From NCBI GenBank assembly GCA_951406725.2, contig OX597823.1:69006001-69070000 (forward strand): a DNA stretch of 64,000 bases. Direction: 5' to 3'. Below, piece by piece: positions 1 to 13,872 of this stretch. Source of the stretch: Octopus vulgaris (lineage: Eukaryota). The stretch's first letter is position 1. Each line of letters starts with the position of its first letter. The notes beneath the pieces were generated by a model. It did not search any database, was not told the DNA's origin, and saw nothing but the letters and a program-made list of their open reading frames with translations. The translations under genes were made by a program, and so were the position numbers.

Positions 1-914
1 TAATTCTACTGTTTCACCCAGATATGAAACAGTTTCAGAGTGTACATTTCTAAAACTTATTGAACATATTAATTACTTCTCATATGATCACATCAGATAA
101 CTTGTTGCACTTTCATATATCTCACAGCTCTTTGTCTTTTAATCAGTGTAAATTCCCTTGCTTCCAACACAGTATAAGAGTGACACACTCACACATACAT
201 GCAAAGACACAGATGCATAGATATTCACAAACACATATATCTGCACACACTTGCATTATACATCCTTATCTTTCCATGTCAATGAGCACATTTGCATACA
301 TAAGCATAACACATATTCAGGCATATGAACATACATGAGCAACATAAGAATTTCCAGATTTACAACACACATGCACATACACAGATATACCAAAAGATGC
401 ATGCATATATTGATATATATGTAATGTATGTAAGTATGTATTTATGAATGTATGTATGTGTGCATGTATGTATGTTTTTTTGGATGTATGTATGAATACA
501 TGTATGTATGCTTGTATGTACATATTTACACACACACATAAACAATATTTCCAGTGACATACAATTACTGGCTCAATATATTGTTACTGAAATACATGTG
601 CATTTATGTACATATACTCATATATTTACAAGTATATATATATTTTACATATACACATGTAGAGGCATGAAGAGAAAGTGTGAGGACATTTAGAAAACTT
701 GCAAGTTCTTAATGCTCCACACCAATGGATGTGCATTCCTTTGCAGTAAGTGCAAATTGTTTTTTTAAATATTTAGACAGGATAGAAGAATGCCAACTAC
801 TATGATTTTTTTTAATTTTCAGGGCCTCTGAGACAAGTGGGAGGAGAGAATGTTAGTCACAAACCAAAGGCATGACTCAAATGCATAAAATAAGGAAAAT
901 TCTTCCCGAGTCAT

Positions 915-1140
915 AAAAACTCATGAGGCAGATTTCCCAGTTTCCATGGGATATAGATTCCCCACCTGAATGGGATGTTGTTCTATCACAGGGTTGCTCC
1001 TTTTCGCCAGATGAGTGGACTGGGGCAATGTGAAATGAAGTGTTTTGCTCAACAACACAACTTGTTGCCCGATCCAGGAATTGAAACCACAACCTACAAT
1101 CATGAGTCCAACACCTTAACCACTAAGCTACACACCTCCA
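915..1140 (-). mobile_element. tRNA-derived SINE with CORE-like and Meta-like domains (same family as 35275-35512)
   Basis: Reverse complement reads TGGAGGTGTGTAGCTTAGTGGTTAAGG (A box)...GGTTTCAATTCC (B box)...TTGAGCAAAACACTT...CCCTGTGATAGAACAACATCCCATTCAGG; aligns by eye with 35275-35512. Confidence 0.75.
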
Positions 1141-1430
1141 CATGCATGAAATATGGTGAACTTTACAAAAAGCATCTAAGGAACACCTGACCAGCAGGTG
1201 TGAAATCAGGTGACACATTGCATCTACCATCTATAAACTCAGAAGGCAAAACATAGAACACTGCAAAGCCTTCCATTCGATGCTTTTCCAATTTCATAAA
1301 TCCACAGTTCTGGACTGGCAATTTGTTTTATTAACCCTAGAAGGATGATAGACTGATCTCATTTAGATCTGTGCACCCAACTTTGTTTTGAAACAATTTC
1401 AATAATTTTCCTTTTTATTTTCTTTTATTT

Positions 1431-1835
1431 CTTTTACTGTTTTACATGTTTCAGTCTTTTGACTGCTGCCATGCTGGAGCACCACATAAAAGGGATTTTG
1501 TCAACAAAATTGACCCCAGGATTTATTTCTTGTAAGCCTAGTACTTATTCTATCAGTCTCTTTAGGCAAACTGCTAAGTTACAGAGACATAAACACATGA
1601 CCATTGATTGTCAAGTGATGGTGAGAAGAGAAACGCAGACACAAAGACACACACAAACACACATATATACAATGGGCTTCTTTCAGTTTCTATCTTCCAA
1701 ATCCACTCACAAGGCTTTGATTGGCCTGGGGTTATAGTAGAAGACAATTGCCCAAGATGCCATGCAGTAGGACTGAACCAAGAACCATGTGGTTATGAAG
1801 CAAGTTTCTTACAACACAGCTACACCTGTGCCTAT
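1431..1835 (-). mobile_element. tRNA-derived CORE-like SINE (family A), diverged copy
   Basis: Matches the young copy at 43320-43731 end to end (ATAGGCACAGG head, CTTGGGCAA core, internal (GT)n, CTCCAGCATGGC..GACTGAAAC tail). Confidence 0.85.
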
Positions 1836-2907
1836 GTTTAATAAAATTTTAAAAAGAATAGTCTTCCATTACACTTTCTGGCATCTTATTTAGTGTGCTG
1901 TGGAATAAGAATATGCAAACACAACTGATATAAAGGTATCTAAAAGTACATTATCCAAAGTGTTCTTCCACTTTCTATCATTGTCAAGTGTAATTTGAAG
2001 AAGATTTATGCACTATCTTTAGCAGGTCAAGTGACTGTGAAAAGCTCTCTTTTTTGGTACATGATGTACATTTTTATGTAAGCATTCAAGTATTGGTTTT
2101 TAAAAGGTGGATTTTCAAGAGAAGAAAATTACCATCTAATATTCAGTCAGCTAATTCAATCTGTGAGTAGATCAGAGTCAAAATATGTAAAATTCTTCTA
2201 AATTTCAACACTTCAATGCAGCTGTTATTTATATTCCAGAGATGGTGCTTTTGTCTCTTGCATAGAAACCAGTCTTTTATTTTGCAGAAAGATAGCAAAG
2301 AATTCAGGAAAGAAAAGAACAAACTCTGACTACTTTATTGGATTCAATAAATATTTGTGAAAGGAAGAAGAATGCTATATTTCCTTATTGCTAATTAAAT
2401 AGTAGTAAAGCTAGTATTCTACAATTCATAAATAAATGTTTTCTCTCAAGTGCTTGATAGCATCTAATGTTACAGTGATACTGTTTCTAATACTACTCAT
2501 AAAATAGTATAAAGGAAAGACATCAAACTTTCCAGTGTCCCCAGCTAAAACCACATATTATAGATAATTATCCAAGACCAGCTGAAAAGATAATAAATTT
2601 TGACTTGGCTAATATAATATGACCAAATGATTGAATGTTTTATAGCATTTAAGCATATATACAAAAATCTACATCTATCTATCTACCTACCTATCTTTCT
2701 CTGTGTGTGTGTGTGTGTGTGTGTTTGTGTATCTGTGTATGTGTGTGTGAGTAATGTATATGTGTCAATATATTTATGTATTGATATTTCTCTGAATAAC
2801 TATAAGACAATTTTATTTTGTGAGATACAGAAAATAGTCTACATATACAAATACATATACATATATATATATGTGTGTGTGTGTGTGATGTCTGTGTGAG
2901 TGTATGT

Positions 2908-2941
<34 letters not shown>

Positions 2942-2945
<4 letters not shown>

Positions 2946-3110
2946 AGAATTCACAGAAAAAACAAAAGACGAAGACAGATGGTGTACAAAACAAACAGAT
3001 GTATTAGTATAATGTTTGGGAATTGAAAAAATCTTTAACGTTTCGAGCCTATACTCTTCCACAGAAAGGAACACAGCAAGAAACAAGGAGAGAAAAAATA
3101 TATTCATATA
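2942..3110 (-). mobile_element. Probable Penelope-like terminal remnant between (TA)n tracts
   Basis: TA-flanked; minus strand GGAAGAG-TATAGG-CTCGAAACGTT resembles a degenerate minimal hammerhead. Confidence 0.35.
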
Positions 3111-3149
3111 TTAATATATTGATGATATATATATGCATAAATATATATA

Positions 3150-3719
3150 TATCATCACTGCTGATGTCCCATCCTTCATGTCGAAGATCAGCACCAGTGT
3201 TGCGAGTTGGGTCTACGTGTACGACCCTGAGATGAAGCAGCAGTCATCATAATGAAAGTATCCATCGACTGTAGCCTAAAATGTGCTACTGCAACATTTT
3301 GTAGCATTTGAGGGAGGACATTCGACAAAAGCAGCTGTGTATGCAGAATGCGAAAATTTGTATTCTTCAGGACAACACTGCACCCCATTTCTTGCCATAG
3401 ATAAAATGGTATCACATTCACACCCATCCTATTCACCAAATTTAGCACAAACAGACTTCCATCGCTTGTCCAAGCTGAACATGCAACTCAAATGCTGCAG
3501 TTTTAATACTGTTGCTGAGATCAAGAGAAAATCACAGAGGGTCTTTGACTTGCTTACAGAAAACGACTTCTATGCCAGATTCCAAAGGTGGCAGGAACGC
3601 TGGGACCAGTATACTGATGCACAAGGTGAGCATTTCAAAGCAGATGATGTTAAAACTTAGGTAAATAAGTTATTTTTTATTAAACATAGCTGGTTTTGGA
3701 ACCTTTTGATATAACCTCG
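3150..3719 (+). mobile_element. mariner (DD34D) transposon, 3' remnant
   Basis: ORF 3283-3660 HPSYSPNLAQTDF...FQRWQERWDQ..AQGEHF is the mariner YSPDL C-terminus; TIR-like end ...CTTTTGATATAACCTCG followed by TA. Confidence 0.85.
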
Positions 3720-3721
3720 TA

Positions 3722-4440
3722 TGCATGTAGAACAAGTTGCTCTTCTTCACCCAGAGAGAGAAGTCCTTTGTTGCTTGAAGAGAACATTTTTACATGCCAT
3801 TCTTTCTCTGGTAATTATGCTTTCAGAACATCCACCTCCACTGGTAATTAAATCTCATAATGAAAAAAAGCTATCAATTCTAAATGAGCAACCTTATGAG
3901 CATTTCATGGAATTCATAACATGTATTCTTACTGCTAATTACACTTGTAAATCTGTCGTATAGGAAGTGTACCTAATCTATAAGCCAGTCTGTGATTTAG
4001 CTGTATACCTTGCAAACCCATAGTTCACACAAAGAACACTGTATGAAATTCTTGCCATCTTCTTTTCTGCATGTGGAACACAGGCACTTTCCTGGTGGTT
4101 GTAGGGTCCTGTCCTCTTCTTGACTAACTAAAACTTCGCTCGTTGTTAGGTTTATTTTGAATCATCTAGATTGTAGGTTCCCTTTCCATGTTTGGAATTT
4201 TCAGATATGTGAGCAAAGTCATCAGCATACAAGAGTTCCCATAGACAAGTGGTCTTTAACTTGTCTGATTAGATTTAGAAGAATATAATAAATTAGAGGA
4301 GGCTAAAAACAGTGCTTATTTTTAACTTTCACCAAGTCTCTGAAGTCGTTCATCCCTAGGTTTCTTAGTGACCACCAGACTACAGAGGATGAAATCCTGT
4401 TAAAAGACTTCTCCAGGTACTTCAGTAGTTGACCAAATTC
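3722..4440 (-). mobile_element. Old RTE LINE fragment (RT and PHD-finger region)
   Basis: Minus-strand pieces DLEKSFNR, KTTCLWELLYADDF, PPGKCLCSTCRKEDGKNFIQCSLCELWVCK and ITSGGGCSE match the ORF at 17219-20338. Confidence 0.8.
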
Positions 4441-5579
4441 TTTTGATCTCCACATTATCTACTATTTTGCTCCAATCTTACATTAAAAGATTAAAGTTGC
4501 CAATGCCCATTTAAGTATATTAATAACTCATTAGACACCCCAAACGAAGGTAGAAGACATTTCCCCAACGTGACACATAGTAGGAATAAATTCAGAAGAA
4601 TGTAGATACTAAACAAAGTTTTTAGCCATATGTTCATGACTGTACCAAAATTAATAACTATCTCTCTCCTCTATAGGATATCAGTCTATTGCAGGTGATT
4701 CTCCTTCAAGTGTAATTAAATACAACAATAATCAGAAATATCATCGACACTGTTTCTTAGCTACCACCTGCAGCATTAAATTGCTTCTGTTATGTAGTAA
4801 CTTAATTACAGTTAGGTTAGGTTTATAAGAAAATTTAAGAGCAAAATGTCTGTGACTACAGGTACTATACAAAATGATTTACACAAGCGATGTGAATGAA
4901 ACTACCAATGTCTTCCTTCATTAAATCATTCACATGTGCTCTTATATTAGAGTCATACCTCCAAACATACAAAGATGTAAGTAGAAATATGATTGTCAGT
5001 CATTCATATAAATTTGAATGTTGCAGTCTTAGTTGAAAATCAGACAAGAAAAAATATTGATAGTTGGTTAGCATATTGATGTGGCCAGATATCTCACATT
5101 GCTCAAATAACTTCTTGAAACTCATAAACATAAGTTGCTCAAATACACAAAGAAAATGTTAGATTTTATACATCCTCTGCAAATTAAATTTCTTATGAAC
5201 AACCTCTGAATAAATTTTTGATAAAGCAATAAAACATGTAACATACTCTTAAGTAAAAATTCTAAATTAAAAACTTTTATTTTCAGCCTGTCACCAAGAA
5301 TACAGGAAATGTCAGCAAAGAGAACTTAGTTCTTTTTCCATGTGTTAACTTTTATTTGAAACTCCAGTAATATGTGTGTATGTGTATATATATATATATT
5401 TATATATATATATATATGTAAAACTTTCCAAAAGTTTAGAATTTGAATATATATGTATATGTCTAGACATGCAACTACATACATGAGAATACACATATAA
5501 AGCAAAACATTCAAATCTGCACATGTACTGACTCCAAAGTATTGCACAAATCTAGAAATATAACTAAATGATAACATGC

Positions 5580-5981
5580 ATAGGTGCAGGCATGGCTGTG
5601 TGGTAAGAAGCTTGCTTCCCAATCATATGGTTCCAGGTTCAGTCCCACTATGTGGCACCTTGGTCAAGGGTCTTCTACTAAAGCCACAAGCTGACCAAAA
5701 GCCTATTGAGCAACTGAAAGAAGCCCACCATATATATATATATATATATAAGTATGTATTTATGTGTATGTGTCTTTGGGTCTGAGTTTGTCCCCCAATA
5801 TTGCTTGACAACTGATGTTGGTGTGTTTACATCTCTGTAACCTACTGGTTGAGCAAAAGAAAATGATAGAATAAGTACCAGGCTAACAAAGAATAAGTCC
5901 TGGGGTCGATTCCTGTGACTAAAAAACCCTTTAAGGTGGTGCTCCAGCATGACCGCAGTCAAATGACTGAAACAAGTAAAA
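5580..5981 (+). mobile_element. tRNA-derived CORE-like SINE (family A)
   Basis: TGGCTGTGTGG A box, GGTTCAGTCCC B box, GGCACCTTGG core, GACTGAAACAAGTAAAA tail. Confidence 0.88.
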
Positions 5982-7305
5982 TAATAAAGCAATAAAACAA
6001 TACATCTATTAATATGCGGAGTAATATTTGAAAAAATATTATTTAACATAGACAGAAACAGAACAGCTGTAGCCATAACCTTTGTTGGGACTTCTGATTC
6101 AAAGAAAAGTGGAAAGATATCAGACCTTAGACCAGCTCTGAATATTTGCTATATGGTGATACCACTAAAATGACTTTAGAGTCAGATTTTGATGTTTAAA
6201 CAAGCAATGAATTAAATCTATCATCCCTCTTATCTTCAAGCAAATACACTGTGGACATAAGAGATATAAAGAATTTGTAAAGGAAAATGAAAAGAAAACT
6301 CTCCATAGATTTGAACCCAAATTTTCAAGTAAAGGCCATAACTAATTATGTGAATTATGCATTTATGAGAACAGGACTCACTATTTTAATTTGTAATATA
6401 AAAATTTATCTCTCATTTAGTGCTTCCATTTTTCTTTTCACTGTATTCTATTTGCGAACACATGCAGTTTAAAATACAAAAATATGTGCAATCATCAATC
6501 CTAGATTGACTATCAATTAATTAATTAATTAGATGAAAAATAACGATAATAAAAATCAAAAACAAAGCAAGAAACAAGGGATAATTATGAAAGAAAGTCG
6601 TCAATAAATTGACAGTGAAAATAGAAAACAACTAAAATTTCATCACATGATAACATACTGTAATTACTTAAATATAATTTGACCTCAAAATATAAGGAGA
6701 CCTGCAATATCTTAATGAAGACACAAAAATAATTGCTTTTGTTCATTGTTAGCATACAGGATTTTTATTGCAGTGAAAATGATTGCCCTTACTTTTGTAA
6801 AATGATATTATGGGTGAGTTAACTTCAATATAAGAAATTTTTAGTATTTTCAAAATTAAAGTTGCTCATAGTTATTTGTGGATAAAAAGTTCACATTAGA
6901 GTAATGTCATTTTGAGTTTGATCTCAGTGTGAAGCAAATTAGGCAAATGTAGGACCATAATCTTGGATCAGCCGAAACTTTGTGAATCACATTAGGTAGA
7001 CTGAAATTCCACAGAAACTCATAATTTCGGTTCTGCTTGTACTTGGATGGTACAATCCAATCTGTTGACCATTTTAACACAACCATATGGCTCTTGGGTG
7101 CTTCCCACGGTGTTCAATATGTTTCAAATAGTTAAACCTGATCTCAGGTCTGAGAATAAACTAACAGCAGCTGATAAGATGTAAGAGATAAAAACGAATA
7201 CATTGACATCCATGTACTCATACACACATATCTATTTCCTTCTTCTCCTTTCTTTCTTTCTTTCTTTCTTTCCTTTTTTCCTTCCTTCCTTTCTTTCTTT
7301 CTTTC

Positions 7306-7343
<38 letters not shown>

Positions 7344-7347
7344 TATA

Positions 7348-8210
7348 CAGAGGTTGGACAAAATAATGGAAACACCTTAAAATTTGAAACAAATTTATTT
7401 TAATATGGGGTAGGACCACCTTTGGCAGTAATTACAACTTGAATTCTATAAGGTATGGACTCGTACAAAGTTTCAATAGCTTCCAAAGGAATTTTTGTCC
7501 ATTCTTCAGCTAAAACAGTCTTCAGTTCTTGTAGTGATGATGGTAGAGGATATCGACTCCTTACTTGTTTTTTTTTAAATGCACCATAAATGTTCAATAA
7601 TATTGAGATCTGGGGACTGTGGTGGCCAGATAAGATGTTCAACTTCACTAAAATGTTCCTCGTGCCATTCAGTAACAACTTTAGCTGTGTGAATTGGTGC
7701 ATTATCATCCTGAAAGACTGTGTTTCCCCCTGGAAACAGTTCCTCAAACATAGGATGAATTTGATCAGATAAAATGCATAAATAGTCTTGACTATTAATT
7801 CTGCCATGAAGGGAAACCATTGGACTAGCAGATTTCCAAGATATAGCCCCACAAATTATCACAGATCCTCCTCCATGCTTCTTTTTGCTGTCTCCACATG
7901 TATACTTGGCCAGTGCTCAGAAATTAGGTATAGGATGACTTCTCCGAAAAAATAACATTCTTCTACTGCTCTAGGGACCAATTCTGTAGGTTTTTACTCC
8001 ACTCTAAAAGCTTTGCAATGTTTGTTTTTGAAAGTAGTGGTTTTCTGATTGCAGCCCTCCCAAGAAATCCGGCTTTGTGCAGCTCCCGGCAAACAGTTTT
8101 TGTGGAAACTGGGTTCTTGTGGTGGTCATTAAGCTCTGCAGTAATTTTGGGAGCTGTACTTTTGTGATCCTTTCTAACAATTCACGTAAGAGTCCAATAG
8201 TCCGTATCTG
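7348..8210 (-). mobile_element. Tc1-like (DD34E) transposon remnant, 5' part missing
   Basis: FQDDNAPIHTAK...WPPQSPDLNIIEHLW and AKGGPTPY C-terminus; TIR CAGAGGTTGGACAAAATAATGGAAACACC preceded by TA at 7348. Confidence 0.9.
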
Positions 8211-8241
8211 ACTATTATATATATATATACACACACACACA

Positions 8242-8462
8242 CAACAGGCTTCTTTCAGTTTCCACCTACCAAATCAACTCACAAAGCTTTGGTTGGCCTG
8301 ATGCTATAGTAGAAGATACTTGCTCAAAGTGCCATGTAGTAGGATTGAAACTGGATTGTGGTTGGGAAGTAAGTGCGACTGTTTTTGGGAAGTAAGCTTC
8401 CTACCACTCAGCCACATAGTTGTGTATGTGTATATATCTATATGTAAGTGTGAGTGTGTGTG

Positions 8463-8530
<68 letters not shown>

Positions 8531-8699
8531 TGTCTCTTTCTTTTGACATTGCATGATAATTGTAAACAAGTGTCACTGTCATTCATGTTACCTTATTTGG
8601 AAACATGTGAGGGTTAGCAACAGGAAGGGCATCCAGCCATAGAAAATCTAACCCAGTGAAAGCATGGAAAAATGGGCATTAAAATGATGATGATGATGT
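8242..8699. mobile_element. SINE family A head (minus, 8242-8420) and RTE-tailed SINE 3' part (plus, about 8520-8699) around a (GT)n tract
   Basis: Head matches 43570-43720; tail GGAAGGGCATCCAGCCATAGAAA...AAATGATGATGATGAT matches the RTE 3' end at 20440-20595. Confidence 0.7.
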
Positions 8700-9057
8700 C
8701 AATGATAATCACATTCTCAAGTTAAATTAGTCAACAATTAGATATTTAGATCTTCTCCAAAGAGCTATCACTGAAGTCATTAAAATTTTCCAGAACATTA
8801 AGCTCATTTTCCAGCTTTTTCTTTTTTAAAACTGTTCTTTGTAGTTAAGTGGATAACATAAGTGGAAATTTAAACTCTCTTTACTTGAAACACAATACAG
8901 AGAGAATATGTGCAATCAACACATCAACCATTAAGATGACACTCCATCTTAAGGTTCTACACCATTCTCTGTAAATACCTTGAAATGTGAGCAAGGTGAA
9001 GAAACCATTCTAATACAGTATTTGATTTCTAGATTGGTTCCCAAGTTTGTGTTTATG

Positions 9058-9543
9058 TAGGTATGGTCATCTGGTTTCAATGTTCATTTTCCAATCACAT
9101 GGTTCTGAGTTCAGTCCTGCTGTATAACACCTTAAGCTAGTGGCTTCTACTATTGTTCAGGCTGACCAAAGGTTTGCAAGTGGATTTGTTAGAGGGAAAC
9201 TGAAAGAAGCCTGTCGTATATGTGTATAAATGTGTGCATGTCATGTGCATGTGTGTGTGTGTGTGGGGGGGGGAGTGCTTTTGTTTGTGTTTGTGTCTCC
9301 TTGTTTTGACATCACATGATAGTTGTAAGCACCATACAAGCAGTGTCATACATTCCCAGTCTTCTGTGAAGACATATCTGGCCATGAGGAAATAACATCT
9401 TGCTTGAAAAACAAGTGAGGATAAGTGACAAGAAGGACATCAGGCTGGAGAAAAACCACTTCAGGGAATCATGTTTGAACCATGCAAGCATGGAAATTGT
9501 GAATGTTATAACAATGATGATGAAGATGATGATGATGATGATG
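9058..9543 (+). mobile_element. SINE with family-A tRNA/CORE head and RTE-derived 3' tail
   Basis: Head as 5580-5730; 3' end GAAGGACATCAGGC..GAAA..ACCATGCAAGCATGGAAA..(GAT)n resembles the RTE 3'UTR. Confidence 0.75.
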
Positions 9544-10054
9544 CAGAATGATAAGAACAATTAATTTTATTAGCTCATGAGAATCATGGGAGTTAAAATT
9601 ATAAAAATAAGTAGGATTCATTTTTATCTTAACTGAGAGGATTTTTACAGGTAAACAAAATAAAATGAAGCTAGATAAAAATAAAAAATATATCTCTATT
9701 GTTTATCAATTAAGAAATATTAAATATCAAAAAAATAATACATGAATATATGTAGAAGAGAAATTTATGAAATATCAGATATAATTTAATTAAAATTATA
9801 GTAAAGAAAAACTATTGTAGTACTTAAAAAAGAAAATTACTTTGAAAAAACTTCTTAATTAGCTAATTATAAAGGAGATTTAATAAAATGATTGCAATAT
9901 TTCTGAAAATATTGCAGTTTGAATTAGACTTATAATTCTTTTTTATTCCCCTGAACTAGTTGATAGTTGTATTAATGTGTTTTTTGAAGGGAATTAATTT
10001 TCATTGATGAAATTTTTGTTAATTAAGAACTTGTTAATAAACAAAAACAATATC

Positions 10055-10090
<36 letters not shown>

Positions 10091-11444
10091 ATAATAAAAA
10101 TTCCATTGTCTCATTACGACAAATGACATTCAGGAAGAAAATTTACACACTCACACACAAAAAATTGTGTTGAAACAATTATGAGAAAACTATATGGTGC
10201 AATTTAATTTCTAATTAATATAAGAGTCTATGATAATAAATAAATATTTATGAATCGTCTTTTATAAGAAGTTTTATTCTATTCTCAGTTTTAAGACAAT
10301 AACATAATCACATGAAACGACAGTGAGTTTATGATATTGTAAAGAAATGCATTTAACACTCTATAGTATATTGATACTTTATATTCACCAGGTAGTGCAT
10401 GGGCACTATGGCAACCATACAACCTAGTACAACTTGTTATACTGAACAGGTCTAGGGATACTAAACTGGTAGCCTCATCAAGTCTGTTTGGTGAGGAGGA
10501 TGATTTTGGAGCATAAGAGAATAACAAATAAACTCTGAGAAAGGGCAGACGAACCTAGGAGAATCAACAGTTATCCAATACCATGAATTGGAAACATCTT
10601 AAACATGCATGTTTAAGATGCATTCAAAAACTAGGTTTAAGATGGGCTGTGAAGAGGAAACCCAGTCATCAATGGCTGGGTTTCAGTTGGCAGAAAGATG
10701 ATATCCAGTTATGTCACTGTAAGATGCACACCATAAAACAATTTGAGACACATGGATAAACCTGGTCATCCCAGTGAATCTCTGATACCCCCCTCCACTC
10801 CCAGCAGTCTCAACCATGCTTTGTCACTGGACCAGGAAATATGAGTTGAGAAAGTGAAGCTATTCATCCTTTCATTGTAGTAATCAGGGTAATACATGCA
10901 ACCATGATCTCATCCATAGTTACTTCCCTTGTGGGGGAACACAGAAGGTGTTGTGTAGGTGGTACTAATACACAGTTGCATCCTCCATTGCTGATACCCT
11001 TTAAGAAATGCTGTTGACATCTTTAGGATAAGCATTATATAATTTCAGATTAAAATCACAGTAGCATAGTAGATAATCTCCTCAATCTGTAATTTAAGTT
11101 CAGTTATTGTTTGTATCTATTTCATTTATGCTGATAGCTTCAGACAATGTATAAATGCCACAACATCCATTCTCCGCCACAGGGCATCCCTAGAACTAGT
11201 AACCATTTATGAAAATACCTATGACAATTAAGAAACCTATTCAGTTTAATATTCTTATAATCACAATTTACCTCTTATTTAATTCAGTTTCATTTTTTTG
11301 TATTCTGAAATAGTTTAAATATGAAGTGAAAAGCAATTATTTTGCATCCTGAAATAAGGGATAATATCAGACAAGTTAAGTATCAAAACAGTTTGAGAAA
11401 TTCACCTTACACCTCATAAAAATAAGTCAATATTACCTCTGAAA

Positions 11445-11700
11445 CTACATTTATGTATTTGATTTATGAGATTCCTGATGTGAAAGTGTGTTTTGAAACA
11501 AATATTGTTATACTTTAGGATTGTCATTTTTTAGTTTTTTGCCCATAAACACATGCACTATATATTCATTCTTCACTTCAGATTTATTATTGCTCTTATT
11601 TTATTGTCTGAAAATCTTTCGTCATACATCCTTTGACCTCTTCAGTGACTCTCCATACCACGTATCTATTCCTGTTCTGTTTAGTTCAATCTGTCTAACC
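11445..11700 (-). mobile_element. Diverged Penelope-like pLTR remnant with degenerate hammerhead (11606-11649)
   Basis: Aligns to 46508-46668 (AAACACATGCACTATATATT); minus strand GTCA-CTGAAGAG-GTCA..TGAC-GAAAGATTTTC-AGAC. Confidence 0.65.
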
Positions 11701-12139
11701 TTTGAATGGCTAACCTTTGAAATATTATAGAAATATTACAAAAAATAATCTAAGGCCACATCATTATCATCATAGTTTTAATGTTTACTTTTCCATACTT
11801 GTATGGACCAGGCAGAATTCATCAAAGCAGCTTTTCTATGGCTGTATGACCTTCCTGTCACTCACCCTCAACTGTTACTGATCAAGATAATAATCTCCTA
11901 CATACTGAACAATGAATTGTCTGTACATAGTCTCAAGGCAAACTGGAAAACAATTGACACCATTTGAATGACATTTTTGTTTATAAAGATCGAGCAACAT
12001 GTGAGGTCATACCAAAAAGCCTGGACATACTTTTACAATTGAATGCAATCTAAGCTCACTGCCTGTATTAACAACAAAGACTTGGCTGTTTACAGGCATT
12101 GAACTCACTTTAAGATGAGGGGAAATATGAACTCAATCA

Positions 12140-12413
<274 letters not shown>

Positions 12414-13290
12414 CTAGCAGTATCGCCCGGCGTTGCTCGGGTTTGTTTCGACCCGCTGGAATTGTAATTTTGAAAAGAAAAAATTTTGTGAACATTTTTC
12501 TGGTCGAAATACACCGAAAAGTGGCGACACAGCAGTGAAAAAATCGTAAAAAATAGGCATTTTCATAGAAAAAAGCATCTTTTTGATGTAAATAATTTTT
12601 GGTGTTAACATGGTCCGATTTGAATTTTATGTTCTACGGAAGGAAGAGCAACCCTTCTTCTACCATACTCTCAATTTTGGTCAACTTGCGCCGCAGGGTC
12701 TCGGAGGAGATAGTGTTAGTTGAAGGTTACCATTCTAGGTGCCTGAGTAACAACCTCGCGGATTTACAGATAAATGAATTAATTACTATTTTACAGAATA
12801 AAATTAAATAATTCTTGAAAATTAATTAATATTAATATTTTTAGAACAAAGTAAATAATTTTTAAAACTTAAATAATAATTCTTTTTACACAAACGCGAA
12901 CGGGGAAAAGGGGGTGCGAATTCGATTTACATACCTAAATTTTTTCTTTTTCATGACATTGTAGCAAAATAGTAGTGAATTATATAAATACCAGCAGTAC
13001 ATTTTTTTTTCTGGGGTATTTTTTTTCAACCTCGTCACATATTTGCCCCTTTCAATTTAAACAAAGTCTTAATTAAGCAATTACGGCAGCTTAGCAATGG
13101 TTTCAATACAGGCGTGACATCTGTATCTCAATTGTTCAAAACCCTTCGAATTTTTTCGCACGTGATGATATCATAGTGAAAACTTTCAATTACGCGCGCT
13201 TATTTCTGTCTTTCACTCTGTCTGTCTCTTTACACACACTAACAAAAGCACTTCACTTACACACCACACTTTCTGTGTCGCACAACCCAT

Positions 13291-13325
<35 letters not shown>

Positions 13326-13872
13326 GCACGCACACCTGTACATCAATGCTTTCGGAGTGAAATGTTAAAATATTGAGTTTTCTCGAATTTTGTCTTAATT
13401 GGTGGTAAAATTGAAAGAAATTTTTTATGGCATCACCCACTGAAGTACTCTGAAAAATCATGGGTACACTCTAATTGAAGAAATTGTGTGAGGAGTAAAT
13501 CGTTATGTATTTATTTGTTTCTGTTTGCTGTGTTTTTTTATTTTTTGAGTAGTGGTTTAAATACTTTCAGTTTAGTCTTCCTCAAATCACTCTGTCGCTA
13601 TTTACTTTCATTTTATTCGTTGCACACTGTGTGTGTGCGTGTGCGTGTGGTGTAAACCACATTAAGAAAAGCATTTGACACACACACCAGAATGTGAGTT
13701 TTCTGTAAATTTTGCTTAATTGGAGTTTAAATTTTAAAAACTGGACCTGGCATGACCCGATGCATTCTACTCTTAAAAATGCTAGGTAAATTGTAATTGA
13801 AGAAATCCTATATTGTAGATTTCTATAACTCCCAAAGGGAGGCAGATAAAATCTGCCTTTTATAATAATAGA
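12414..13872 (-). mobile_element. Non-autonomous Helitron (1459 bp)
   Basis: Minus strand starts TC (TCTATTATTATAAAAG), ends GC-rich hairpin CCCGAGCAACGCCGGG..CTAG, and is inserted between A and T without TSD; extra hairpin AGGCAGAT-AAA-ATCTGCCT at 13840-13858. Confidence 0.85.

Noticed and set aside
3030-3070. Hammerhead-like GGAAGAG..CTCGAAACGTT on the minus strand
   Set aside because: C3/U4 missing and no convincing stem I; kept only as a possible decayed remnant
10425-10495. Possible decayed hammerhead CTGAACAGGTC..TAAACTGGTAG (also near 23897)
   Set aside because: Several core substitutions; cannot be supported without a consensus
10595-10684. Perfect 26-bp palindrome CATCTTAAACATGCATGTTTAAGATG and a 12-bp-stem hairpin
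   Set aside because: Real but isolated; likely a local template-switch product with no functional evidence
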